From positions 1-53,669 of the forward strand of contig CAZOZZ010000004.1 in the NCBI GenBank assembly GCA_964584435.1: a stretch of 53,669 nt of DNA, in the 5' to 3' direction. Numbering within the stretch: the stretch's first letter is position 1; each line of letters begins with the position of its first letter. Shown in pieces: positions 1 to 9,524 of the stretch. A program made the position numbers and the translations under genes. The notes under the pieces were generated by a model. The model was not told where the DNA came from. It searched no databases and saw only the letters and a program-made list of their open reading frames with translations. The DNA is from an uncultured Solibacteraceae bacterium. Lineage in GTDB: Bacteria; Acidobacteriota; Terriglobia; 20CM-2-55-15.

Positions 1-479
1 AGTGTCTCTTAGTTTTTTAGGGATCTCTGTCTGAAATGTTCTGACGGGCTACACCATCAAGCCGCAAGATCGTTCTCTGTTGAGTTTGATGCAAACGGTG
101 GACTACGTAGACGAGAACGAATGGAAGTACGGCTACAGCGAACATCAGAAAGCCCAGTAACAGGAATAGCATCGTATGTCTCCTTCTGCGACAGTGGACC
201 CCAGCCGATTTAACGGCCTGGGATCAATCTAGGCGAGCTACGGGCTGGCTGGTCGTGAGGCTGTTACAGTTCTCGCACTGTCACATCACAGCTCTCACCG
301 ACCTATCCGGTGAGATTGAGCCCTTTGGAACTGTCGATAAGGAGATTTAATGAACGACTTTCAAACGGGAAGAAGAGACCGGGAACACGCACGGAAGTGA
401 GCGAGTCGATAGGACTTCCGCAGTTCAGTTGGTTGGGGAGTTTTCTTGAGGCCTGGACGCCGAGATGGATGAACGTCAG

Positions 480-731
480 TTAGTGGTCGTGATGCTTGTG
501 GAAGTACTCGTGATCCGCCCGAGACTTTTCGGCCCCGAGCTTCTTGTTTCGAGCCAGGCCCGATTGGCGAGCCCGCTCCTTTGTGCCGTCGGAACTGACG
601 GCAGGTGCCGAGACCATCTTTTCGACCTCCCGGCTCTCACACTGTGGGCAAAAGGCCTCAGATGACTTCGGCAGGATCAGGTATTCGAAAAGGTGCCCGC
701 ATCCCAGGCACTTGTACTCAAAGATCGGCAT
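480..731 (-). CDS. FmdB-family zinc-ribbon protein (83 aa)
   Basis: Lies in ORF 480..839(-). The internal Met gives MPIFEYKCLGCGHLFEY...FCPQCES, the paired-CxxC N-terminus typical of FmdB-type zinc ribbons. The 36 upstream codons look like read-through. Confidence 0.6.
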   Translation of the reverse strand: MPIFEYKCLGCGHLFEYLILPKSSEAFCPQCESREVEKMVSAPAVSSDGTKERARQSGLARNKKLGAEKSRADHEYFHKHHDH

Positions 732-926
732 TCTTGCGACGTCTCCGAAAGATCGATCCAGCGACCGCGAGCAAGTTGTAGGTGTACTCATCTTGTCGCC
801 ATCTGGTTCATTGAAATTAGAAGTGCACCTATGATACACCTCAACAAGGCTCGGGAGACACCGTCCACCCGAAACTTCCTTAAACCGAACGATCTAGTCA
901 TGCTGAGGCAAGGCGTGGGGAGAAAC

Positions 927-1709
927 ATGCATACGCGACTTACGATCCTTATGATATCTGCAGTCATGGTGACCGGGGTTCTGTTCGGCGGCACCGCGGA
1001 GGCGCAAACCACCGGCGCCCAGACCACAGGCGACTACACGACCGTCTGGAACGGAATATACACGCCTGATCAAGCGCTGCGCGGACAGGACGCGTTCGAG
1101 CTCCACTGCCTTCGTTGCCACGAAACAGACATCGACGCTGCAAATCCGGACGCTCGTTTCCGGGGCCACATGTTCATGGAAAGATGGCGAGAGTACGATC
1201 TGGTAAGCCTGTACGATTTCATCAGACTCACCATGCCCCGGCGCGATCCCGGAAGTTTGAGCGACGCCACGTACGTCGACATCGTGGCCCACGTCATGAT
1301 GGTAAACGCTTTTCCACCGGGCCCTCGGGAACTCGACACGGAAGTGCTCCAGAGCATTCAGATCGAAGGAAAAGACGGGCCAATGCCGTTACCGAGCGGG
1401 GCTCTGGTGCAATTGGTCGGCTGCCTGAACCAGGACGTTAACGGAGCCTGGATCATAAACAAGGCCAGCGAACCCGCCAGGACGAATTCATCGAACAGGT
1501 CAACCGAGGAAGAAATGACGGCCGCGGGCTCGAAGGCACTGGGAAACCAGAGATTTCGCCTGCAGAACATCGAGTTTCTCGGGCAGGAATTCGAACCTGA
1601 ATCCAAGGTGGGTTACAAGATGCAGACGAAAGGTTATCTGATCAGACAGCCCAATCGGGAACGCATCGACATTACGGCGATGGAATGGACCGGGGCGAGC
1701 TGCCGGTAG
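927..1709 (+). CDS. Secreted mono-heme c-type cytochrome domain protein (260 aa)
   Basis: The ATG at 927 is preceded by GGGGAG. There is an N-terminal signal peptide (MHTRLTILMISAVMVTGVLFGGTAEAQ) and one CXXCH motif (HCLRCHE). I do not recognise the C-terminal half. Confidence 0.6.
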   Translation: MHTRLTILMISAVMVTGVLFGGTAEAQTTGAQTTGDYTTVWNGIYTPDQALRGQDAFELHCLRCHETDIDAANPDARFRGHMFMERWREYDLVSLYDFIRLTMPRRDPGSLSDATYVDIVAHVMMVNAFPPGPRELDTEVLQSIQIEGKDGPMPLPSGALVQLVGCLNQDVNGAWIINKASEPARTNSSNRSTEEEMTAAGSKALGNQRFRLQNIEFLGQEFEPESKVGYKMQTKGYLIRQPNRERIDITAMEWTGASCR

Positions 1710-1762
1710 TCACTGGGCGATGCCCGCTATCCACGGGAAACCCCACCGGTTCAATATGCCCT

Positions 1763-1798
1763 GAAACACCACGGAGCCTGGCGGCCCCGTGGTGTTTC
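1763..1798 (+). terminator. Strong GC hairpin downstream of the cytochrome gene (no U-tract)
   Basis: A perfect 12-bp inverted repeat, GAAACACCACGG / CCGTGGTGTTTC, with 3 more pairs inside the loop. It sits 54 nt after the stop codon. No T-run follows, so terminator function is uncertain. Confidence 0.3.
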
Positions 1799-2138
1799 AC
1801 GTTACGGCAATTCTTAAAACAAGGTTTTAGCCAGCCGCTCCGCCTTCCGAGGCTCAACGACCTCCGGTGTAAGTGCCCTCGGCTAGAGCAAGAAGCGCAT
1901 CTTCAATTTCTTTCCAGGACACGGGCTGTAGAACCGATTTCTGCATTCTCCAATCAAGACAAAGCATGTCCGTCGTCTTGCCCGTCAGGCCATCGCGCTG
2001 GTAGCCAGAGATTTTGACCCATTGCTGGCCTCCGTTGACCTGAAGCCGGCCGACACAGAACGATTCGTTAAAGGTTCACCCCACGGACGTCGATAAGAAG
2101 CTCCAGAAGACCCGCTTAAAAGGCAAGGAGAAGGTGAA

Positions 2139-3482
2139 ATGCGTCGGCCGATATCCATAGAACCTGACATCGAGGCTCTCGTGATGCCCGAGAACCTGCG
2201 GATCGCACAGTTGGTGGCGGACGAACGCAAGAAGTGTGAGACGACCGGGCGCGATTTCGAGTATTTCGGGTTTGCCTTTGGTCAGTCGCCGTTTCCCGTA
2301 CCTTCACCCATCATCCAGGCTCTCAGTGAAGAAGCCGCCAAAGGGCACTACTCCTCAACTCAGGGTATCGCGGAACTACGCGAAGCGATGGCCGGTTTCT
2401 ATGGTCGGCACCTTGCGATCGCGGTTGACCCGGACGACATTATCCTCGGCTCGGGAACGAAGGACGTCCTGCACACGATCTTCCGAAGCTTGCGGGGAGA
2501 CGTCGTCATTCCGTCGCCTTCATGGATCGGTTACGCACCCCAGCTCACCATGCTTGGGAAGCGCTTTCACAAGCTTCACCTGGATCCTGCAGACGGTTAT
2601 CGCCTGAATCCGCTGAAGCTCGACCTGTACCTGAGAGGTTTGGCCGCAAACCAGCACCTGCTCGTACTGAACAATCCACACAATCCGACGGGCGTCGTTT
2701 ATACCAGGTCGGAACTCGAGACCCTGACCGAGGTGTTCCGCCGCCATGGCACTCTTGTCATCGCAGATGAAATCTACGCGTTGACCACCTACGATATCGG
2801 ACAGTTCACGAGCATGGCGTCGGTTTATCCAGAAGGCACCTTCGTCACGAACGGTCTGTCGAAAGACCGTTCCGCGGGCGGATACCGGCTTGGAGCCTGC
2901 ATTCTGCCCGCGGATCCATCCGGCAAGCTTCGCGATACCTTCATCAAGGTCGCAGCGACAGCCAACACCAACGTGTCGACACCGATTCAGCACGCCGCCG
3001 TCACGGCATACCGGCCCAACTCCGAAATTGAGGAATACTTCAAGATCACGCGCAACATCCACAGGATCATGGGGGAGTTCATGAGCGGTGAAGTCCGGAA
3101 GATTGACGGCATTCAAACGACCGATCCCGCGGGCGGTTTCTACTTCTACGCCGACTTCAATGAGCGGGCGGAAGAACTACGGATCCACGGGGTTGAAAAC
3201 TCCAACCAGCTCGGCCGTTCAATGCTGGAAAGCCCGTTTCGCATCGCAACCGTCACTAGTGATGCGGTCATGCTCGATGCGAATGACTTCGGGGCCCGCT
3301 TTGCCTTTGTGGACTACGACGGCCAGGCGGCGTATGAGGACTACCGGAAACACGTTCCTTCAAGGGAAGAAGAGGACTCCTTCGTCCAGAGAAACGCTCC
3401 GAGGCTCGTCGAAGGAGTGAACGTGCTCCAGCGTTACATGCATGAAATGAGCCGGGGGCCAGAACTCCGGCGCACCGCCTGA
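2139..3482 (+). CDS. Class I/II pyridoxal-phosphate-dependent aminotransferase (aspartate-aminotransferase-like, 447 aa)
   Basis: AAGGAG lies upstream of the ATG. Motifs LVLNNPHNPTG and SKDRSAGGYRLG (PLP-lysine region) are characteristic of fold-type I aminotransferases. Confidence 0.85.
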   Translation: MRRPISIEPDIEALVMPENLRIAQLVADERKKCETTGRDFEYFGFAFGQSPFPVPSPIIQALSEEAAKGHYSSTQGIAELREAMAGFYGRHLAIAVDPDDIILGSGTKDVLHTIFRSLRGDVVIPSPSWIGYAPQLTMLGKRFHKLHLDPADGYRLNPLKLDLYLRGLAANQHLLVLNNPHNPTGVVYTRSELETLTEVFRRHGTLVIADEIYALTTYDIGQFTSMASVYPEGTFVTNGLSKDRSAGGYRLGACILPADPSGKLRDTFIKVAATANTNVSTPIQHAAVTAYRPNSEIEEYFKITRNIHRIMGEFMSGEVRKIDGIQTTDPAGGFYFYADFNERAEELRIHGVENSNQLGRSMLESPFRIATVTSDAVMLDANDFGARFAFVDYDGQAAYEDYRKHVPSREEEDSFVQRNAPRLVEGVNVLQRYMHEMSRGPELRRTA

Positions 3483-3618
3483 AGAAGTTCCTTTCCGTCC
3501 TCACACGAACACGATCCACATCGTCATCCTTACATTTCCTATTGACACCATGGCCCGTGGTAAGCGATAAATAATCTCGACAGAGATACAACGGCGTATC
3601 ACTTGACTTGACGATGAA

Positions 3619-3650
3619 GTCTTCGGGAATGGGTCCCGAGGGCTTTTTTT
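3619..3650 (+). terminator. Intrinsic terminator (10-bp stem plus T7)
   Basis: GTCTTCGGGA (3619-3628) pairs with TCCCGAGGGC (3634-3643), including two G.U pairs, around a 5-nt loop. TTTTTTT follows at 3644-3650. Confidence 0.55.
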
Positions 3651-3749
3651 GTCTTTGACAGCGAAGTCTCGGACTGACAACGACGTCCCCCGGCATGGCG
3701 ATTCGAAGCCCGGCTGGTGGGCGTTTTTTCGTTTCCAGGGAGAAATGCA

Positions 3750-4619
3750 ATGAAAGTGATGATCCGGTTCGCATTCTGTTTTGTGTCTTTGTTCGTACTC
3801 GTTTCCCCGGCCGTGGCTCAAGACAGCCCTTATTCAGCTTCCGGGGATATCGCCACGGTCAGCAAATACATATGGCGCGGACAGCGTCTGACTAATGATT
3901 GGAGCGTGCAGCCTTCCGCGACGTTTGGCGCCGGCGGCCTGTCCGCTAACATTTGGGGCAACATGGACCTGACGGCTGTCAACGAGGGCGATTCGTTGTT
4001 TCTCCCGGAGAACCCCGCTGCGCCCGCTGGGGGACACAACGGTCTGCAGGGCAAGTTCTCAGAGGTTGATTACACTTTCTCGTTTGCCCACGCGTTCAGC
4101 GGCGCTTCCATCGACATGGGAGCAATTGTTTACACGTTTCCCGAGCGTTCAGCGGCGCTTCCGGCAACAACCGAAATTTACGGCGGCCTGACATTCGATA
4201 ACGTTCCGCTGGCCCCGAGCGCGACGATCTACGTGGACGTCGATGAAACCAGAGCCGGAGGCGGAGACATGGGTGCCTACTTCCTTCTGTCAGCTTCCCA
4301 CTCGCTTCCGTTGAGCCATCCCCTTCTCGGCGGCCTCGACTTCTCGGCGACGTTGGGTTTTGCAAATTCCGGTTTTGGCTCGTTCTATTACGGCAAACAA
4401 AAGGCCGGGGCGCACGATGCGAGTGTCACCATTGCGCTCCCCTTCAGTCTGGGAGAAAGCTGGTCGGCCAGCGCGTTCGTAACATACAGCGGCCTGATCG
4501 GAGACTTCCGCAAGTATCAGTTCCAGGATCCCCGCGAAGTACACCGTGGAACCGCCGGCTTGCCGGAAAGCTACGCGGACACCGTCTGGGGTGGATTCAG
4601 CCTGAACCTCAATTTCTAG
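3750..4619 (+). CDS. TorF-family (Gcw_chp) putative outer-membrane beta-barrel porin
   Basis: The ATG at 3750 follows GGGAGA. The signal peptide ends AVAQ. The pattern VSKYIWRGQRLT...VQPS...WGN...EVDY...YTFP...TEIYGG matches the TorF/Gcw_chp family, which is often linked to amt. Confidence 0.65.
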   Translation: MKVMIRFAFCFVSLFVLVSPAVAQDSPYSASGDIATVSKYIWRGQRLTNDWSVQPSATFGAGGLSANIWGNMDLTAVNEGDSLFLPENPAAPAGGHNGLQGKFSEVDYTFSFAHAFSGASIDMGAIVYTFPERSAALPATTEIYGGLTFDNVPLAPSATIYVDVDETRAGGGDMGAYFLLSASHSLPLSHPLLGGLDFSATLGFANSGFGSFYYGKQKAGAHDASVTIALPFSLGESWSASAFVTYSGLIGDFRKYQFQDPREVHRGTAGLPESYADTVWGGFSLNLNF

Positions 4620-4673
4620 AAACTTCGTATGAAATCGATTGGTTAATCAACCTCTAAACAGGAAGGAAAAGTA

Positions 4674-6002
4674 ATGTTCATCAGACTATTGAGTAAAGCA
4701 GCGGTACTGCTGCTTTTGTTCGGGTGGCTGAGTCCTCTGGTACATGCCCAGGAAGTGACCGCCGCCGATGTGATGTTCACCGTGAACAACACCTGGATGA
4801 TGGTCGCGACTTTTCTCGTCTTCATAATGCACCTGGGTTTTGCATGCCTGGAGGCAGGACTGGTGCAGGCGAAGAACACGGTCAACATTCTGTTCAAGAA
4901 CACGCTCGTCGTGGCGCTGGGTCTGCTGACCTACGCCATCGTGGGTTTCAACCTCATGTATCCCGGTGACCTCTGGATACTGGGCAAGGTGCTGGGCTTC
5001 GGAGGTTTCGGAATCGCCGCTCCCGAAGGCGCCGCCGGATTGATCGATTACGCGGGTGGCAATTACACCTATTGGACGGACTTCCTGTTTCAGGGCATGT
5101 TCGCGGCCACTGGCGCAACGATCGTTTCGGGTGCCGTCGCCGGCAGGATCAAGCTAAAGAGTTTCCTGGCGTTCACGGTCGTTTTCGTAGGCCTCGTCTA
5201 CCCCTTCGTCGGAAGTTGGAAATGGGGCGGTGGCTGGCTCGACGGAATGGGGTTCTATGATTTTGCCGGTTCAACTCTCGTCCACTCCGTCGGTGGCTGG
5301 GGCGCCCTGGCCGGCGTCATACTGCTCGGCCCACGGATGGGCAAGTATGTCGGCAAGACAGTCAACGCCCTGCCCGGGTCAAACATGCCGCTGGCGACCA
5401 TCGGGGTGTTCCTCCTGTGGCTGGGGTGGTTTGGCTTCAATGGCGGGTCGGTCCTGTCCGCCGATCCCGGCGCTGTTTCCTTTACCCTCGTGACAACATG
5501 CCTGGCGGCAGCGGCCGGCATTGTGGCGGCCTACATTACTTCCGAAATCATGCAGAAAGAGCCCGATCTTTCGATGGTCCTGAACGGTTGCCTGGCCGGT
5601 CTGGTCGGAATCACGGCCGGTGCAGACACCGTTTCGGTATTGTCATCGATCATCATCGGACTCATAGCCGGCGTGCTGGTGGTCCTGGCGGTTATCACGA
5701 TTGACACCAAGCTCAGACTCGACGACCCGGTGGGCGCCCTTTCCGTCCATCTGGTTTGCGGGATATGGGGCACCCTGGCGGTCGGCATCTTCAGCACCAA
5801 TCCGGAACACAGCTTCGTCACCCAGTTGATCGGCGTCGCGGCGTACGGTGCGGTTGTGTTTCCCGTGGCTCTCGCCATCTTCTTTGTCGTGAAGACGGCG
5901 ATGGGTATCCGCGTGTCCAGCGACGAGGAAATGAAAGGATTGGATATCGGTGAACACGGAATGGAGGCCTATCCAGGTTTTCAGGTTTTCGTGAACGAGT
6001 GA
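4674..6002 (+). CDS. amt: Ammonium transporter (Amt family, with signal peptide)
   Basis: A 442-aa polytopic protein with typical Amt blocks (FACLEAG, DFAGSTLVHSVGGW, LLWLGWFGFNGGS, HLVCGIWGTLAVG). Confidence 0.95.
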   Translation: MFIRLLSKAAVLLLLFGWLSPLVHAQEVTAADVMFTVNNTWMMVATFLVFIMHLGFACLEAGLVQAKNTVNILFKNTLVVALGLLTYAIVGFNLMYPGDLWILGKVLGFGGFGIAAPEGAAGLIDYAGGNYTYWTDFLFQGMFAATGATIVSGAVAGRIKLKSFLAFTVVFVGLVYPFVGSWKWGGGWLDGMGFYDFAGSTLVHSVGGWGALAGVILLGPRMGKYVGKTVNALPGSNMPLATIGVFLLWLGWFGFNGGSVLSADPGAVSFTLVTTCLAAAAGIVAAYITSEIMQKEPDLSMVLNGCLAGLVGITAGADTVSVLSSIIIGLIAGVLVVLAVITIDTKLRLDDPVGALSVHLVCGIWGTLAVGIFSTNPEHSFVTQLIGVAAYGAVVFPVALAIFFVVKTAMGIRVSSDEEMKGLDIGEHGMEAYPGFQVFVNE

Positions 6003-6074
6003 GTCGATCAGCGGCCGGAAGAAACTCGAATGCCTGCCGGGTTCACGCCGGCCTGACAGAAAGGAAGGGAGAAA

Positions 6075-6416
6075 ATGAAACTCATTATTGCGATGGTCCA
6101 GCCGCACAAGCTGACCGATGTCAAACAGGCGTTGTTTGACGCCGACATCCACAAAATGACCGTAACAACAGCCGTCGGGTCCGGTTCGCAGAAAGGGTAT
6201 CAGGAGACTTATCGCGGTGTTATCCACACGATCAACCTGTTGAAGAAAGTCCGGATCGAGATTGGCGTTAACGACGAATTCGTCGAACCGACCATCGAGG
6301 CGATCGTCAAGGGAGCTCGAACGGGTAAGATCGGCGACGGAAAGATCTTCATACTTGATCTGCCCGACAGCATTCGGATCCGAACCGGCGAACGGGGCAC
6401 TGCCGCAATCGGATAA
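6075..6416 (+). CDS. glnK: P-II nitrogen regulatory protein
   Basis: 113 aa, [20 protein letters not shown]...T-loop [12 protein letters not shown]...GDGKIFI. It lies immediately downstream of amt, which is the canonical amtB-glnK pairing. Confidence 0.9.
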   Translation: MKLIIAMVQPHKLTDVKQALFDADIHKMTVTTAVGSGSQKGYQETYRGVIHTINLLKKVRIEIGVNDEFVEPTIEAIVKGARTGKIGDGKIFILDLPDSIRIRTGERGTAAIG

Positions 6417-6468
6417 GTCAGCTAATGGACGGAGGGTCTCGAACCTTTCCCTGATAACGTTGCCCTGC

Positions 6469-6515
6469 CGACCAGAGAGGTCTCACGACACATGGCGTGA
6501 GGCCTCTCTCGGTTG
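6469..6515. terminator. Long hairpin at the convergent glnK / aceB junction
   Basis: CGACCAGAGAGGTCTCACG pairs with CGTGAGGCCTCTCTCGGTTG. That is about 19 bp with one bulge and an 8-nt loop. No clear U-tract on either strand. Confidence 0.4.
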
Positions 6516-6563
6516 GATCAGCCACTCCAGTCGACTACTCCCAACAGCACTGATAACACCCGC

Positions 6564-8171
6564 TCAGTCCAGGTTCTGGTACGCCCGCAGAGTCAAGAAC
6601 TCTTCCAACTCGTCGTTCGAAGTAATCTGATCGAAAAGCTTTCCTGCAAGCTCGTACTTGCCGGCGTTCCAGGCGTCTTCCCCGACGGTCTCACGTACCC
6701 TCGCCAACTCCTCGGCCAGGATCTCGCGAAACAGGTCCAGCGTCACCTTCCGCCCGTCGGTCAGGATCCCTTTGGGATGCCGGACCCATTGCCAGACCTG
6801 CGTTCTGGAGATTTCCGCGGTCGCGGCATCTTCCATGAGGTTGTAGAGCGGAACGCAACCGTTGCCTCCGAGCCATGCTGCCATGTACAGGACGCCGACG
6901 TTGATGTTGGTCCTCAAGCCCTCCTCGGTGATGGTGCCTTCCGGGACTGCCAACAGATCTTCCGCCGCAACGTGAACATCTTCTCTTAACTTGTCGATCT
7001 GGTTCGGACGATCTCCCAGAACCGCATCGAATTCCTTCATTGCAGTCGCTACGAGTCCGGGGTGGGCCACCCAGGTTCCGTCGTGGCCGTCGGTGGCTTC
7101 GCGTTCCTTGTCGGCTCGCACCCTTGACAATGCCGCTTCGTTGGCCTCCGGGTTGTTCTTGATCGGGATCTGCGGTGCCATGCCACCCATCGCGGGTGCG
7201 CCCCTCCGATGGCACGTCTTGATGGCCAACTGCGAGTAGGAACGCAGGAAGTGCTGAGTCATTGTCACTTCGGCCCGGTTCGGCAGGATGAACTCCGGGT
7301 TCTTCTGGAGGCGCTTGATGAAGCTGAAGATGTAGTCCCAGCGGCCGCAGTTGAGCCCGGCGCTGTGCTCTCGAAGCTCGTAGAGAATCTCATCCATTTC
7401 GAAGGCTGCCAGGATCGTCTCGATCAGGACGGTCGCCTTGATCGTTCCCTGTGGTACGCCGAGACTGTCCTGGGCAGTGACAAAGATGTCGTTCCAGAGC
7501 CGGGCTTCCAGGTGGTTTTCCATCTTCGGAAGATAGAAGTAGGGACCCGTTCCATTCTCCTTGAGCTTTCGGTGATTGTGAAAAAAGTACAGGGCGAAGT
7601 CCATGATCCCGCCCGAGATCTGTTCGCCATCGAGCTCTACGTTCTTCTCCGGCAGATGCCAGCCACGCGGCCGGACCAGAAGGACGGCGGTTTCGTCATT
7701 CAGCTTGTAGAACTTGCCGTTCGGAGCCGTGTAAGTGATCGTGCCGTCAATCGCGTCGCGAAGGTTGATGTGCCCCTGGATGGTGGCTTCCCAGGTGGGC
7801 GAATGCGAGTCCTCAAAATCCGACATGAAGACCTTGGCACCGGAATTGAGGGCGTTGATGACCATCTTGCGTTCGACCGGGCCCGTTATTTCCACACGGC
7901 GTTCCAGCAGGTCGGCCGGCAACGGCGCAATCTTCCACTCGGATTTACGAATCTCCTCAGTCTCCGGCAGGAAATGCGGGAGTTTTCCGGCATCCAGGTC
8001 GGCTTGAACAGCTCGCCTGCGATCGAGCAACTCCCGGCGTCGGCCCTCATACTTGCGGCAAAGCATCGCAACGAACCGAAGTGCATCAGGTGTAAGGATT
8101 TCGGCAAACTCTTCAGACACAGGCGCGTTGATCTGAACACCGCCGATCTTGAGAGACTGTGCATTTGACAT
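6564..8171 (-). CDS. aceB: Malate synthase A
   Basis: 535 aa. The N-terminus (GVQINAPVSEEFAEILTPDALRFVAML) and core blocks (RPRGWHL, FYLPKMENHLEARLWNDIF, GLNCGRWDYIFS, MGGMAPQIP) are typical of malate synthase A. Confidence 0.95.
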   Translation of the reverse strand: MSNAQSLKIGGVQINAPVSEEFAEILTPDALRFVAMLCRKYEGRRRELLDRRRAVQADLDAGKLPHFLPETEEIRKSEWKIAPLPADLLERRVEITGPVERKMVINALNSGAKVFMSDFEDSHSPTWEATIQGHINLRDAIDGTITYTAPNGKFYKLNDETAVLLVRPRGWHLPEKNVELDGEQISGGIMDFALYFFHNHRKLKENGTGPYFYLPKMENHLEARLWNDIFVTAQDSLGVPQGTIKATVLIETILAAFEMDEILYELREHSAGLNCGRWDYIFSFIKRLQKNPEFILPNRAEVTMTQHFLRSYSQLAIKTCHRRGAPAMGGMAPQIPIKNNPEANEAALSRVRADKEREATDGHDGTWVAHPGLVATAMKEFDAVLGDRPNQIDKLREDVHVAAEDLLAVPEGTITEEGLRTNINVGVLYMAAWLGGNGCVPLYNLMEDAATAEISRTQVWQWVRHPKGILTDGRKVTLDLFREILAEELARVRETVGEDAWNAGKYELAGKLFDQITSNDELEEFLTLRAYQNLD

Positions 8172-8379
8172 GGAGAAGCTCCTCGAACCAAACGAAAAGT
8201 AGGATCAAGGAGGATAGCAGTCCGAAGGGATCATCAGCAAGTTATGAGGACATCTTGGGGATGGGAGAACAACCCTCTCGTTTCGGAAGGATGCCTTTGT
8301 GTTGTGCAGATGGTCGTACGCCGGACCGGCAGGTAGTTGTTCTTTCGGGGTCCGGACCCGTGTATTCTGAGCGCTTCCA

Positions 8380-9288
8380 ATGCAAGGAGGAAAGCGCCGT
8401 TTGGACGTCCACCTGATCGACGGTACATACGAGTTATTTCGGCACTTCTTCGCCGTACCATCATCGAAGGATGAGACCGGCAACGAGATCGGTGCGGTTC
8501 GAGGCGTGCTAGGCTCCGTCATCGGAATGATCGAGACCGGGGCCACACACCTGGGTGTCGCGACCGATCATGTGATCGAATCGTTTCGCAACGATTTGTA
8601 CGAAGGCTACAAGACCGGCGAAGGTATCGATCCGGACCTCCGTTCCCAATTCGTTCCACTGGAAGAAGCACTCAGGGCGCTTGGAGTTGTCGTCTGGCCC
8701 ATGGTGGAGGAGGAAGCCGATGATGCACTTGCTGCCGCCGCACGGAAAGCGTCCTTGGATGATCGAGTCGATCGCGTCCTCATCTGCACGCCGGACAAGG
8801 ACCTCTGCCAGTGTGTGGTCGGCGATCGCATCGTCCAACTCGATCGGAGAAAGAACCTGATCCGCACCGCCGACGGGGTACGCGAAAAGTTTGGGGTCGC
8901 AGCCGAATCCATTCCGGACTACCTCGCCCTGGTCGGCGACAGTGCGGACGGGTTTCCTGGCCTGGGCGGATGGGGCGCGAAATCAACGGGTATCGTGCTT
9001 GGGCACTACGCCCACCTTGAAGACATCCCCAAAGACCCCGACACCTGGCACGTGAGGGTTCGAAGCGCCGGCAGACTTTCGGCCACTCTGTCGGAACAAT
9101 GGGAACTGGCTCTTCTCTTTCGCGATCTGGCCACCTTGCGCACCAACATACCGGTCTTCGATTCCGTCGATCGACTCCGATGGGAAGGTCCGGACCCGGG
9201 ACTCGAACAGATCTGCAATCAGATGAACGCGACAGCCCTGTGGGAGCGGGTTCGAACCCTCTCGGGCAGAAACGCGGGTGAATCGTGA
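8380..9288 (+). CDS. 5'-3' exonuclease / flap endonuclease (PIN plus H3TH, Pol I N-terminal-like)
   Basis: LIDGTYELFRHFF..., VATDHVIESFRNDLYEGYK, DYLALVGDSADGFPGLGGWGAKS. The start may instead be TTG at 8401, 10 nt after AGGAGG, giving MDVHLIDG. Confidence 0.8.
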   Translation: MQGGKRRLDVHLIDGTYELFRHFFAVPSSKDETGNEIGAVRGVLGSVIGMIETGATHLGVATDHVIESFRNDLYEGYKTGEGIDPDLRSQFVPLEEALRALGVVVWPMVEEEADDALAAAARKASLDDRVDRVLICTPDKDLCQCVVGDRIVQLDRRKNLIRTADGVREKFGVAAESIPDYLALVGDSADGFPGLGGWGAKSTGIVLGHYAHLEDIPKDPDTWHVRVRSAGRLSATLSEQWELALLFRDLATLRTNIPVFDSVDRLRWEGPDPGLEQICNQMNATALWERVRTLSGRNAGES

Positions 9289-9328
9289 TTGCTAAGACGC
9301 TAGCCCGTCTAGCTCTGGAGGAAAGATT

Positions 9329-9412
9329 ATGAAGGCACGAACGAAGAAGAAGGCAATCGAAGTAGACAAGATGCTCCGAAAGCCGGGTGACATCGCGCGT
9401 TTCGCGAAATAG
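9329..9412 (+). CDS. Candidate 27-aa basic micro-protein (MKARTKKKAIEVDKMLRKPGDIARFAK)
   Basis: GGAGGAAAGATT-ATG gives good Shine-Dalgarno spacing. A hairpin terminator begins 12 nt after the stop codon. I recognise no homologue. Confidence 0.25.
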   Translation: MKARTKKKAIEVDKMLRKPGDIARFAK

Positions 9413-9423
9413 CACTTCCAAGG

Positions 9424-9458
9424 CTCGAAGTCGGTCAGGACCGGCTTCGAGTTTCGTT
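9424..9458 (+). terminator. Hairpin terminator after the micro-ORF / exonuclease gene
   Basis: An 11-bp stem, CTCGAAGTCGG / CCGGCTTCGAG (one G.U pair), with a 6-nt loop, followed by TTTCGTT. Confidence 0.45.
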
Positions 9459-9524
9459 GAAGTGATTGCGCCCCTGACGGGAAAGAAGAGCCCAACACAC
9501 GTAGATTCCACTCATCGTGCCGAA

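Noticed and set aside
350-400. A 16-codon mini-ORF (MNDFQTGRRDREHARK) with an AAGGAG Shine-Dalgarno sequence and a following 7-bp hairpin, in the ORF-free first 480 nt.
   Set aside because: It is very short, the hairpin lacks a U-tract, and there is no downstream gene on that strand for it to act on as a leader. The region is also at the window edge, so the context is missing.
1857-2075. A 73-codon open frame on the minus strand (…RLQVNGGQQWVKISGYQRDGLTGKTTDMLCLDWRMQKSVLQPVSWKEIEDALLALAEGTYTGGR) in the 430-nt gap before the aminotransferase gene.
   Set aside because: It has no ATG/GTG/TTG until 37 codons before the stop, no ribosome-binding site, and no family I recognise. It may be a gene remnant, but it cannot be supported as a feature.
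3551-3565. Sigma-54 promoter TGGCCCGTGGTAAGC (GG-N10-GC spacing) upstream of the porin-amt-glnK operon.
   Set aside because: The spacing fits, but the -12 element is AAGC rather than TTGC. The site also lies upstream of a strong terminator, which would stop the transcript before the operon. It is too weak to call.
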